From positions 1-64,000 of the forward strand of contig JBITAJ010000002.1 in assembly GCA_044440125.1 (NCBI GenBank): 64,000 nucleotides of DNA. The letters run 5' to 3'. Each line of letters begins with the position of its first letter. The first letter of the stretch is position 1. A program made the position numbers and the translations under genes. Positions 48,843-58,394 of the stretch are shown piece by piece. The notes beneath the pieces were generated by a model. It had not been told where the DNA came from. It did not search any database and worked only from the letters and a program-made list of their open reading frames with translations. The DNA is from Sedimentisphaeraceae bacterium JB056 (GTDB lineage Bacteria; Planctomycetota; Phycisphaerae; Sedimentisphaerales; Sedimentisphaeraceae).

Positions 48843-50876
48843 TTAACGCAACCAATCATCGGCTAATATTGTTAAATCAGTAGAATCACACATGCAATCC
48901 AAATTCAAATCTCCAACTTGATATGCCCGGCTAACACAAGCATCAGACACTTTGAACTCAAGCATCTTAAGATGATTTACATCACCTGTATAGCTCTGCC
49001 AGGAAGCAAAATCTGATTCACTATAAACTAATAAAAGAGTATCATCACTAGCCTTTCTCAGACCAGTATATCCCCCACCAGGACCACCATAAACAAGAAA
49101 AGGTTGTGACCATTTTGTTCCAGATGAATCAGCAAGCATTAAGTGTACTCCAGGTCTACCATAGCTCAACAAAACTCTTCCATCTCCTAATAATATCATA
49201 TCAGGATCGACACCTGGAACACCTAAAGAGGCTGGAATAGACCAATTCAGCCCTTTATCCTCACTAATTGTATAAGCCATCGGAACCTCTGTGGTGGGCT
49301 GCTCTACTGGCGGACCAATATCACCCGTCCTAGTAACCAACAAAAGATCACCATTACGTAGCTCTACCATGGAGGATTCGGTTGGTCCTTCCTCTCCCAT
49401 CCACGAAAGTTTCTCCGCAGCAGTAGATTTATAATTCCAACTTTCACCAAAATCAGTTGATTCTACAATATAAACACTATTATAGTCAGAGCCTGAAGCT
49501 TTTCCATACATTGTAGCCAACAATGTCCCTGTCTTTAACATTAAAATAGTACTATGAAAACTCTGATTATCTACATCAAATGGGAACTCAATATCCACTG
49601 TATGTTTTGTAATAACATTCCAATCATCAAACGCATAAGACAGATAAGCACGAACAATACGGCTATTTATTGCTTGCGTATTAAAACCTAAAATAATTGC
49701 AGGAGCCTGCCCAGAAAGAACATTTACAGCCAACGTCCCAGCTAATGGCTCCATATTCTGATATGTTTGGCATTTATCAGTTGATATAATCCCATGATAA
49801 ACTTCATTAACAGGATGAATACCAGTATTGAACCCAACTATAAGTTTACCTGATTTGGCAATTTGGAGATTTGGAAAGGTTACATGTTCTTCAGAAGAAT
49901 ATATAACCTTCTTATCTAAAATATTCACAAAACTACTGTAAGATGGCACAGATGCGATATCTTTGGCATTATAACCAAACAATACTCCTGTTACTGATAA
50001 TAAGCTATCATTACCATTATTTTCATACCATGCAACATAATTATCTTTTCGACCGACAAGAAGCTCTACAATACCATCATCATCTATATCTCCAAAAGAA
50101 ACACATCTCACCGAAGAATCACCAATACGCCCTCCCACAGCATTAAGATTACCGTTGATATATTCATACCATTGCAAGCCATCTGTATGCACAATAAATA
50201 TATCAGAATATGAATCTCCATCAAAATCGCCTATCTTAATATCTGAATCCGCAATTGTTGATGGTAAAGAACCCACATTAATGGTTTCAACCCACGTAAG
50301 ACCATGATTGCCATTGTCTTTATAGCGTACAATAGAACTCTTACATACCAGCATATCTCTAACGCTATCATTATCTATATCACCAATCGCAATGCTATTA
50401 GTCCCCGAACCTGTTCCCATTGGATTGCTATGCCAGAGAAGAGTATTATCTCCAGAATTTTCATACCACGCAAGTAGTCCGTTACTTTTTAACACAAATA
50501 TGTCAGAAAAACCATCTGAATCGAAGTCATCAACTGCCATATCAAGAGCATCATTGCTCAAACTACCAACCCATCCCGAAGAGTCATTCGAATTAGATTC
50601 ATACCAACTCGCAGCAGAACCAGCCGAACCTAAAAATAAGTCAACCTGATTGTCTTTATCAAAATCAGCGACAACCACCGATACACGTGGCTCTGATATA
50701 TTGCTAATCTGAGCCAAAAAATTATCAGTACCTGTAGATTCATACAATACCGCAGAAGTATCCTGTACAACAATTACATCAGAATAAAAATCTGAATCAT
50801 ATGTCAGAGAGAATACATCAAGAGTGAACAATAAGACGGTTATAGTTACGAGGTTTAACCTGCTAATTATAGACAT
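48843..50876 (-). CDS. Secreted FG-GAP plus sialidase-like (BNR) protein with a half-dockerin tail
   Basis: FG-GAP repeats; STDFGESW, SYGRP and GYTG; tail GDLNLDCMCDSTDLTILADDWL. Confidence 0.88.
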   Translation of the reverse strand: MSIISRLNLVTITVLLFTLDVFSLTYDSDFYSDVIVVQDTSAVLYESTGTDNFLAQISNISEPRVSVVVADFDKDNQVDLFLGSAGSAASWYESNSNDSSGWVGSLSNDALDMAVDDFDSDGFSDIFVLKSNGLLAWYENSGDNTLLWHSNPMGTGSGTNSIAIGDIDNDSVRDMLVCKSSIVRYKDNGNHGLTWVETINVGSLPSTIADSDIKIGDFDGDSYSDIFIVHTDGLQWYEYINGNLNAVGGRIGDSSVRCVSFGDIDDDGIVELLVGRKDNYVAWYENNGNDSLLSVTGVLFGYNAKDIASVPSYSSFVNILDKKVIYSSEEHVTFPNLQIAKSGKLIVGFNTGIHPVNEVYHGIISTDKCQTYQNMEPLAGTLAVNVLSGQAPAIILGFNTQAINSRIVRAYLSYAFDDWNVITKHTVDIEFPFDVDNQSFHSTILMLKTGTLLATMYGKASGSDYNSVYIVESTDFGESWNYKSTAAEKLSWMGEEGPTESSMVELRNGDLLLVTRTGDIGPPVEQPTTEVPMAYTISEDKGLNWSIPASLGVPGVDPDMILLGDGRVLLSYGRPGVHLMLADSSGTKWSQPFLVYGGPGGGYTGLRKASDDTLLLVYSESDFASWQSYTGDVNHLKMLEFKVSDACVSRAYQVGDLNLDCMCDSTDLTILADDWLR

Positions 50877-50941
50877 ATTAAGTCCTTACATGGATATATT
50901 TTGTAAAATGATTACAAATTCACAACTTGTAATCAATTGAA

Positions 50942-52072
50942 TTATTTAAGCCAGTCATCGGCAAAAATTGAAAAGTCGATTAAATCAACATAACAATCAT
51001 TATTCAAGTCTGAATACACGGAATTCTCTTTACCAAGACATGGTAATTGAAGTACATTTTTCAATGAAGGAAGATTTTCGTCACAAGAAACTTCCGGCAC
51101 TCCCACTACCGTTCTACTGCCATAGCCAAATAATGATATTGCTCCCTTTGCTAAGTCGTTATCACCAGATACTTCATACATCTGAATATAATTGTCACTG
51201 ACAGAAAATATAATCTCATTGGAACCATTGCCATCAATATCAACAAAAGCTACCGAATTAATGTTACTACCCCAACCGCTGTATGCATCAATACGCTTCA
51301 AATGCCATAATGACGAAACCCCTTGTCCTTCATACCAATAAATTGAAGCTGTAACACTATCTATCAGGATTAAATCTTTTCCGGTATCACCGTCTAAATT
51401 TCCTATATTAGCGTCTTTACACTCAACAATATAACCTTCCGGCAAATAATTAAAATTTTCTTTCCAGCTAAAGCTATAACCATCTGTTTCATATCTTACA
51501 AGAACGCCCTCTTTTATTGTAACAATATCTTCTATTCCATTCCGATCAAAATCATCAATAAGAATAGAGGTTGCTCCAGAACCTGCATTCATAGGATTGC
51601 TTCGCCACAATAAGGCATCATTGCCATTACACTCATACCAAACAACTTTCTCATCTGTACTCAATACAAATACATCATTATTACCATCACCATCAATATC
51701 AGAAACAGCAAAACCCCCATTAACAGCGTCGTTTCCAATGTATCCAACAAATCTCAAAGAGTTATTCCCATCACACTCATACCATACATTTGATGTGCCA
51801 GTTCTACCGATTAGAATATCCATATTACCATCAGAATCTAAATCTTCAATCAACATTGCTGAAGCAACGCCAACAACTGGTACTTCAAGAACATCTATAA
51901 TAGAATACCCAACACCTGATGATTCATACCAATAAACCTCACCCAAAGAATTTAAGGCAAAAATATCAGCCTTACCATCGTTATCAAAATCAACATTAAT
52001 GCCCGCTTTGCAAGTTGAGCAAGCAAAAAATAATATACAAACCCAAATGATACTTTTTGGAAACGTGCTCAT
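50942..52072 (-). CDS. Secreted FG-GAP propeller protein with a half-dockerin tail
   Basis: Probable start MSTFPKSIIW at 52072 gives a signal peptide. DxDxDG/WYE repeats; tail SDLNNDCYVDLIDFSIFADDWL. Confidence 0.87.
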   Translation of the reverse strand: MSTFPKSIIWVCILFFACSTCKAGINVDFDNDGKADIFALNSLGEVYWYESSGVGYSIIDVLEVPVVGVASAMLIEDLDSDGNMDILIGRTGTSNVWYECDGNNSLRFVGYIGNDAVNGGFAVSDIDGDGNNDVFVLSTDEKVVWYECNGNDALLWRSNPMNAGSGATSILIDDFDRNGIEDIVTIKEGVLVRYETDGYSFSWKENFNYLPEGYIVECKDANIGNLDGDTGKDLILIDSVTASIYWYEGQGVSSLWHLKRIDAYSGWGSNINSVAFVDIDGNGSNEIIFSVSDNYIQMYEVSGDNDLAKGAISLFGYGSRTVVGVPEVSCDENLPSLKNVLQLPCLGKENSVYSDLNNDCYVDLIDFSIFADDWLK

Positions 52073-52179
52073 TATAAAGCCTTTTACAACATATAACTTT
52101 AGATAATTAGTAAAACTCAATGCTAAAAAAAAGTCTCTGAAAATATTTTTAAACATCTCCAGAGACTCACATAATATTA

Positions 52180-53250
52180 TCATTTAAGCCACTGATCTGC
52201 AAATGTCGAATAATCTATCAAATCAACAGTACAGTCTCCATTAAAGTCAGCCCCATATATGTTACAAGATGCTGGAACAATTGCCATATCTGATACATTA
52301 TACAAAGGGAAAGAACCCTTAACTAACACCGCTGAATCATTTCCATCACTCTCATACCATGTTGCCGCTCTATCCTTATTTCCAATAATGAGCTCATTAA
52401 CACCATCACCATCAACATCACCCAAGGCAACACTCATCGCCTCTGTAAAACCAAGCTTGGCTCCGCCTGTAGGTACATTAGGATCTGTTGGGTCATCACG
52501 GAATTCATACCAAACAACACCATTCCAGGCAGGATCCCAGTTAGGATCAACATCTGTATCTCCACGGGCAACAACGAATAAGTCTTTATACGCATCACCA
52601 TCAAAATCACCCGTTGCGATTGATATATAATGACCTTCATTATCAATCTTAAAACTCCAACTTAAAAAATTCCCATTTGGATTATAAACATTAAGACCAG
52701 TAGTTTTAGCAACAATTAAATCATTTACTCCATCGTTATCAATATCATCCATAGCTATTGCCTTGGCTCCTGAGCCACTTCCAAAAGGATCGCTTCTCCA
52801 ACCGAGAGTTCCCTCTCCAGTACATTGATACCAAGTCAGCTTTTCGTCTGGTCTTACAAATAACAAATCACCGGTACCATCTTTGTCAAAATCACCAACA
52901 ACCATACCATTACTAACAGCAGTTGAAGAAGAGTTGCCAGACCAACCCAATGAATCATCTCCATTGGACTCATACCAACCGCCCAAACTGCCGTCAGCAC
53001 CTAATATAACATCCAACTTGTCGTCACTATCCAAAAAACCTACCCCAACAGCAACTTTGTTAGAAGAGATATTCATAGTTTCACTCAAAGTATTATTGGT
53101 ACCTAAGCACTCAAGTCCAAAAGCTACAGACATATTTGATTCTATTGCAATAACATCACCATAAATATCAGTATCAACAGTTTCTCCTTTACTTACGAAA
53201 ACAGTAAGGGACATTAGAAAGATACAAGCAAACATTTTAACACTTTTCAT
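52180..53250 (-). CDS. Secreted FG-GAP propeller protein with a half-dockerin tail
   Basis: Signal peptide, GDFDxDG/WYE repeats and tail ADFNGDCTVDLIDYSTFADQWL. Confidence 0.88.
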   Translation of the reverse strand: MKSVKMFACIFLMSLTVFVSKGETVDTDIYGDVIAIESNMSVAFGLECLGTNNTLSETMNISSNKVAVGVGFLDSDDKLDVILGADGSLGGWYESNGDDSLGWSGNSSSTAVSNGMVVGDFDKDGTGDLLFVRPDEKLTWYQCTGEGTLGWRSDPFGSGSGAKAIAMDDIDNDGVNDLIVAKTTGLNVYNPNGNFLSWSFKIDNEGHYISIATGDFDGDAYKDLFVVARGDTDVDPNWDPAWNGVVWYEFRDDPTDPNVPTGGAKLGFTEAMSVALGDVDGDGVNELIIGNKDRAATWYESDGNDSAVLVKGSFPLYNVSDMAIVPASCNIYGADFNGDCTVDLIDYSTFADQWLK

Positions 53251-53292
53251 TTCAGCTCCTATAATAGAATATTAAACTAAATACACTCAAAA

Positions 53293-53306
53293 CAATATCA
53301 GTAATA
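53293..53306. promoter_or_regulatory. Possible internal operator of module B
   Basis: ATATCAGTAATA (53295-53306) is the reverse complement of TATTACTGATAT in the 54784-54817 palindrome. It lies upstream of the first FG-GAP gene. Confidence 0.45.
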
Positions 53307-53347
53307 CTTTCATTCCAAGCGATTCTTTTGTTTAATTAAAAACGACA

Positions 53348-54067
53348 CTATTGACGCTCAGACAACTTACCATCTCTTTTCCAAACTACAGAATATTCAT
53401 CACTATTTCTCCTTATACTTAAATCACAAAATAGAACATTAAAATCGCCACCATGGCGATATGCAACATTATCACGATTTTCAATACCTGGATAATCAAT
53501 CCATATATTTGCATAAACAAGATTAGTTTCTTTTGCAGGCCCAACATCAACTAATAAAACTGCACTTGATGGTCGTTTCACACTATCAATTCTCCAACCA
53601 CCAATATGTGCACTCTGAGCATAACTAATCCAATAATCCGCGTCCTTCAAGCCTTTAACAGATGGACAACTATAATCGTCACCTGCATATTCCCATAGCG
53701 ATTCATCTAACTGGTCTTCATAGCTGAATGTGAGATTATCCATAAGTAACGGTAAAATAGTCTGACGATAACTTAAATATTGACGTGACTGAGGATAACC
53801 ATACTGTTCGAAGAAATCCGGATAATATTGAGGATGAACAGGAAGCCCCTTCAAGGTATAACTTGGGGGGATATAATTATCAAAATCCTGGAAATAAAGA
53901 GAATAACCCAAACTCAAATCATGCAATCTGCTTTTGCAGACAACTGTTTTAGCTTGCTCCTTAGCTTTCTGCAAAGCAGGCATCATTACTGCCAACAAAA
54001 CCGCTATAATAGAAATAACAACCAACAGCTCTATTAATGTAAAACCTTTTCGACAACAACGAGACAT
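53348..54067 (-). CDS. Prepilin-type N-terminal cleavage/methylation protein (DUF1559-like), paralog of 30146-30850
   Basis: True start MSRCCRKGFTLIELL at 54067, right after the GntR stop. C-terminal RHGGDFNVLFCD. Confidence 0.92.
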   Translation of the reverse strand: MSRCCRKGFTLIELLVVISIIAVLLAVMMPALQKAKEQAKTVVCKSRLHDLSLGYSLYFQDFDNYIPPSYTLKGLPVHPQYYPDFFEQYGYPQSRQYLSYRQTILPLLMDNLTFSYEDQLDESLWEYAGDDYSCPSVKGLKDADYWISYAQSAHIGGWRIDSVKRPSSAVLLVDVGPAKETNLVYANIWIDYPGIENRDNVAYRHGGDFNVLFCDLSIRRNSDEYSVVWKRDGKLSERQ

Positions 54068-54068
54068 T

Positions 54069-54770
54069 TTATCTCTCCAAATAGTATTCCAACAGATTAA
54101 CTTTTGCACTACTGATGTGCTTTCGCATTGTCCCTTCAGCAAGATCAACATCACCTCCCATGATAGCGTCCAATATTTGTTTATGATGCTCAAGAGTGAT
54201 ATTAAGATCTCTTGCTTTATCATTACTATCTGATGGTACCATACAGATATTTTGGAAATGCAAATTTGACCATACATCCTCAAATCGCCTATTCCCAGTA
54301 GCGGCTAAAATACCACGATGAAACTTCTCGTCAATCTGCCTTTCAGCCGATATAAACTCTTTTATATCCATTTCTTGACCGTTCAAGTTGATTTCATCAA
54401 GCTCTTCAAAAGACTTGAGACACACAGTCATATCCACTGTTTTATAGTTAATTGCAAGCATTCGTACTGCTTGACATTCAACAGCTTCACGCATCTCATA
54501 AAGTTCTTTAACATCACGTGATGAATATTTTTTAGCCATAAAACCCCATCGCGGAATACTCACAACCAAACCTTCGGATTGCAGTTTCATTAGTGAATCT
54601 CTTACTGGAATATAGCTAAAGCCAAACTCCTTTGCAAGTTTTCTCGCAACCAACTTGGATCCCTGAGGAATCTCCCCGTCAATCAATTTACGGCGAATTT
54701 CATCATAAGACTTCTCCTGACACGTTAACACATCATATTCTGGTAATGCTGTCTTCATAATCCAATCCAT
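54069..54770 (-). CDS. GntR-family (FCD) transcriptional regulator of module B
   Basis: HTH LAKEFGFSYIPVRDSL; motifs DEKFH and MRKHI. Confidence 0.93.
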   Translation of the reverse strand: MDWIMKTALPEYDVLTCQEKSYDEIRRKLIDGEIPQGSKLVARKLAKEFGFSYIPVRDSLMKLQSEGLVVSIPRWGFMAKKYSSRDVKELYEMREAVECQAVRMLAINYKTVDMTVCLKSFEELDEINLNGQEMDIKEFISAERQIDEKFHRGILAATGNRRFEDVWSNLHFQNICMVPSDSNDKARDLNITLEHHKQILDAIMGGDVDLAEGTMRKHISSAKVNLLEYYLER

Positions 54771-54783
54771 TCACTTTTAATAT

Positions 54784-54817
54784 TATTGATATTACTGATA
54801 TATCAATAATATCAATA
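54784..54817. promoter_or_regulatory. 34-bp near-perfect palindromic operator
   Basis: TATTGATATTA-C-TGATATATCA-A-TAATATCAATA with one mismatched pair, overlapping the -10 box. Confidence 0.72.
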
Positions 54818-54834
54818 TCAGAATTAAATGTCAA
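54806..54834 (-). promoter_or_regulatory. Sigma70 promoter of module B (TTGACA-17-TATTAT)
   Basis: Near-consensus hexamers on the minus strand. Confidence 0.72.
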
Positions 54835-55327
54835 GCATTTCCCAAAAACTCAAGTCTTAAAAATCTGAGACACTAACGTCTCACTACCACAAATATATCT
54901 ACAATAAAGACTTAAGAGCCAAATAATTTTTAAGCAATACCCATCATAGCTAAAAAAGTGGGCTTTATCTTTTCAAATCTCATTACCTCTGACACTTTCT
55001 CTATAACTAAAGCCCGTAGGGTGCAAAAACACTATAGTCATAAATATCTACAGAAATATCACTTGCAATCCTTACGGATGAAATCCTTTGCAATAACCAC
55101 TGACTTCTGTATTATTTACTCGCTATGAAACAGCAAATTAGGATCGCAATGGCAGCTTGTATTGCCTATCGCATCAATAAGGGACTCCACCGGGCAATTG
55201 ACTCTTCTCAGAGCTCAGTTAGAAGTACTCTCACAAGAGAACAACTAACATATTTTCGACATTGAGATTTAAGGCAAACCTATTACAAAGCATTTGTGTT
55301 GTACTACAATATTCATTATGATGGTTC

Positions 55328-55858
55328 AGAAAAGATGAGTTATTGAACTTAACATGGGCTGATATTGATTTTGAGGATAATCAAGTTAGTTTTGCACCAA
55401 AGAAAGAATCTAAATTCTTACTTGAGTGGGAGCCTAAAGATAATGACAGTAGAACTATTCCGATACCTGAAAAGACAATACAACTTCTTGCTGACCTTCA
55501 AGCACAATCAGACGAGACAACGCCGTATGTATTCATCTCAGGACAAAGACTCAATAGAATCCTTCAAAGAAGAATACTCGGCAAATGGACTGCGACTAGT
55601 GACATCATCAATAATATGCTCAAGAGATTAAAAATATTCTGTAAAAAAGCAGGTATAGAAGAGTTCTGTTTCCATGACCTCAGGAGAAGTTGCATCACCA
55701 ACTGGGCAAAATCTTTACCTATTCATGCTGTACAGGAACTGGTCGGACATTCAAAGATAGAAACAACAAGAACACATTATTTGTCTGTGAGAAAATCTGA
55801 CAGAGAGCTGGCACGTCAAGTTTCCGACGAAGTTTTTGGCAAATTGATGAACTTTTGA
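55328..55858 (+). pseudogene. Tyrosine recombinase/integrase catalytic-domain fragment
   Basis: Motifs RKDELLNLTWADID, FHDLRRS and GHSKIETT..HY. The frame is broken just upstream of the catalytic Arg (TGA at 55319), and the N-terminal domains are absent. Confidence 0.85.
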
Positions 55859-55973
55859 CGAACTATGGGGTAAAATTAGAGCACAAATAAGGATTACAAG
55901 TAAATAACAAGTAGGCACAAACAAGACTGACAAGTCAGTATCCACTGCAAATTGACGAACTTTTTGACGAACT
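55844..55973 (+). repeat. Two tandem pairs of TTGA(C/T)GAACT 10-mers, like integrase arm-type sites
   Basis: Copies at 55844, 55855, 55952 and 55964. One copy also lies within the left 91-bp repeat. Confidence 0.6.
55876..55966 (+). repeat. 91-bp perfect direct repeat, copy 2
   Basis: Identical to 14191-14281. Confidence 0.95.
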
Positions 55974-56250
55974 CTTGACACCAATTATACAAATGCGATA
56001 ACCTATTTTTAAGTCAGACCACCGCCTTGCCGCTTGAAAAACTTACTATTCAAACTGAACCTGCAGTACCATTAGACCAAGACATATGAGTTCGGCATTT
56101 AACAAAGTCAAAGGTCATTGTTTCCTACAACACACAACGTGATTACTATGCATTGAGTATAAAAAACAGCTCAAATTAATTCAATTAACCCATCAAAAAG
56201 CAAAGACCTGGTAACAGATGAGTTTTTGCACCCCACGGGGAGCCAGATTG

Positions 56251-57219
56251 CTACTTAGAGTAGTAATACATGCAGCTCCTATACTTAAGTTCTATGCCGC
56301 CCTTTTCAAAAGCATTTTTCACACCCGGATTGATGGGACACCTAATGTCATGTTGATAATTCAACAATACTTTGCAAGACTCATCAAATGATATTACATC
56401 ATTATCACGGCACCTCAACAAAGCAATTCTTGCTCCAGAACCACTAATTTCTTCCCGTTTTAGAATAGCGCAATAATTATCGGATTGGATGCCCTTAAAA
56501 CCCCACGAAAAGCCATAAACATCTTCTGTACCAAGATATTCGATAGAGGGATCGCTCTCTCCATCGAAATAAAATTCCTGATTCCCCTCACACATACATT
56601 CACCACCTTTGCAAAGTGGGTCATTAGCTTCATACTGAAACCAATGCGCTACTATATTCCCAGATGTTTTAATATCGGTAAGAGTTATCAAATTTTGCGG
56701 AATCAAAGACTTTCCTACCCTATAATCTACCCGCAAATAACCAATTCTATCATCAAGACTTTCAACTTTTTCCCACTGAATATCAGAATATCCTATCAAA
56801 TCCATGTCAGTAGGATTCTCAACAGCAACCTTTATCTGCTTTCTAAACGGAATAGGCAATCTGAAATTATGGGACTCCTTAACCTTGGAAAAGTATATTG
56901 TATTAAAGTATTGACTCGAACAGTCTATATCTCCAAGGAACTCCATTAAAGGCATTTCAATTAATGGGATATCTTCACCGTCATAATAAACCCTCAACAT
57001 CAATGACTTTGCTACATCACTTACGCCTATTAATCCCGGTTCTTCCGCATATGCTGACACATGCAGAAACGATATATATCCAGGACCATAAGCTTCCAAA
57101 AAACAAACCTCACTACGAGATTTCAATGTTTTCATTTTAGGATATTTATCATATGGCCAAGTAGATGGTTTAAAAAATGATCGTTTAGTCCCGATTTCAC
57201 ATATTTTATTTATATTCAT
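56251..57219 (-). CDS. DUF2961 (GH172-like) protein
   Basis: Motifs GPG.I..LH, LRVYYDGE..P, PIPFRK, EG...FYFDGE..P and GTED.YG.SWG. ATGA-coupled start at 57219. Confidence 0.85.
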   Translation of the reverse strand: MNINKICEIGTKRSFFKPSTWPYDKYPKMKTLKSRSEVCFLEAYGPGYISFLHVSAYAEEPGLIGVSDVAKSLMLRVYYDGEDIPLIEMPLMEFLGDIDCSSQYFNTIYFSKVKESHNFRLPIPFRKQIKVAVENPTDMDLIGYSDIQWEKVESLDDRIGYLRVDYRVGKSLIPQNLITLTDIKTSGNIVAHWFQYEANDPLCKGGECMCEGNQEFYFDGESDPSIEYLGTEDVYGFSWGFKGIQSDNYCAILKREEISGSGARIALLRCRDNDVISFDESCKVLLNYQHDIRCPINPGVKNAFEKGGIELKYRSCMYYYSK

Positions 57220-58364
57220 AATTTCTCTTTTCCTGTAAAACAACTGCTTACAATCAATCCTCTGGAATCTGTTAAATTAAAAAAATACCCTTCTACATTT
57301 TTAGGAAGAACGCATTCTATTTTCTGATTCACATAATTTATATTTGCTTCTTTTTTTTCCCATTCAGCATTTCCCAAGTCATTTACATCCTTACAATAAA
57401 GCAATTCAGCCAACACAATTTTATTAGTAGACTCAAAATCACACCAGACATCCCGATTATCTCTACCACAATCTAAGACTTTCGTTAATCGCGGTAAACC
57501 TTTCACTACACTATCAGCAAAAGCATAAACTTCTTCTGTTCTCCACGCTACCTGATGGCTATGACCAATGTTCAACTTAATACAGATTGTTCTATTGCCA
57601 GAGGTTGCTCGATAGCTCTTATTATAAATATCCAAATAAAAATGAGCATCATTAGTCCCATTTACCCACAAAGATGGTATTTCTGACTTATGTAAATAAG
57701 TAGCTGGATCCCAATATTTTTTACATTTTTCAGCCCTCTCATTCCCCATCATTTTATAAGATTGACCAAAATAATTATCTGATTCATATAGAAAACCGCA
57801 ACCATAAACGGGAACTGCATACTTAAACCGCTCATCAACACCCATAACAATGCCTGTAATAACACCGCCCCATGAAACACCCGTCAGACCTACATTATCC
57901 GAATCAACTTGAGGAAAACTACGCATTAAAGAATTTGCCAAGACAACATCAGCTACTGCATGATACATCCATTGATCCTTAACTGGCAAATCGATATCTT
58001 CAAATACATTCTTTCTGTCTGGTCCACTATATGGATGCGTTGGACGGTTTGGATACTTGCCTTCTGGCAAAGTTCCTTCTATATCCAACGCTATAGCCGC
58101 ATACCCCCTTTTATTCCATATACGCACCCACTCATCAAATGCAGTACCTCCTCCTCCCGGCACGCAAACGACTGCAGGAACAGGACTATCAGATGATGCA
58201 TTCTCAGGGAATCCCAAATATGCAAAAACCTTAGTCTGCTTCCCTTTATATGGAAGAGCGGAATAAAACACAGCTTCAACTCCATTAGCATCCCAATCTT
58301 TAGCTGTAATAATATCAGGAGCACTATACAAATCCTCTCCATCCCAAACTGTTTCCTTAAGCAT
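57216..58364 (-). CDS. Alpha/beta-hydrolase (acetylxylan esterase/dienelactone hydrolase-like)
   Basis: Motifs VPGGGGTAF, GVSWGG (nucleophile), GTND.HF and GHSH. Confidence 0.85.
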   Translation of the reverse strand: MLKETVWDGEDLYSAPDIITAKDWDANGVEAVFYSALPYKGKQTKVFAYLGFPENASSDSPVPAVVCVPGGGGTAFDEWVRIWNKRGYAAIALDIEGTLPEGKYPNRPTHPYSGPDRKNVFEDIDLPVKDQWMYHAVADVVLANSLMRSFPQVDSDNVGLTGVSWGGVITGIVMGVDERFKYAVPVYGCGFLYESDNYFGQSYKMMGNERAEKCKKYWDPATYLHKSEIPSLWVNGTNDAHFYLDIYNKSYRATSGNRTICIKLNIGHSHQVAWRTEEVYAFADSVVKGLPRLTKVLDCGRDNRDVWCDFESTNKIVLAELLYCKDVNDLGNAEWEKKEANINYVNQKIECVLPKNVEGYFFNLTDSRGLIVSSCFTGKEKL

Positions 58365-58394
58365 CGATTACCCTATATGTCAATTATTACTATT

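Larger units (their letters stand above)
55013..56239 (+). mobile_element. Internally deleted IS relic with 18-bp terminal inverted repeats, carrying an integrase fragment
   Basis: Left end CCCGTAGGGTGCAAAAAC (55013-55030) matches the right end GTTTTTGCACCCCACGGG (56222-56239) with one mismatch. Contains a frameshifted transposase N-terminus from 55125 (IAYRINKGLHRAID/LRAQLEVL) and the C-terminal KSDHRLAA* at 56011-56037. Confidence 0.75.

Noticed and set aside
54068..54283. 72-aa N-terminal extension of the module B pilin in the ORF track
   Set aside because: It overlaps the GntR coding region. The prepilin leader must be N-terminal, so the start is 54067.
55343..55858. Active integrase
   Set aside because: The listed ORF starts after the catalytic Arg, the frame is broken upstream and the DNA-binding domains are missing.
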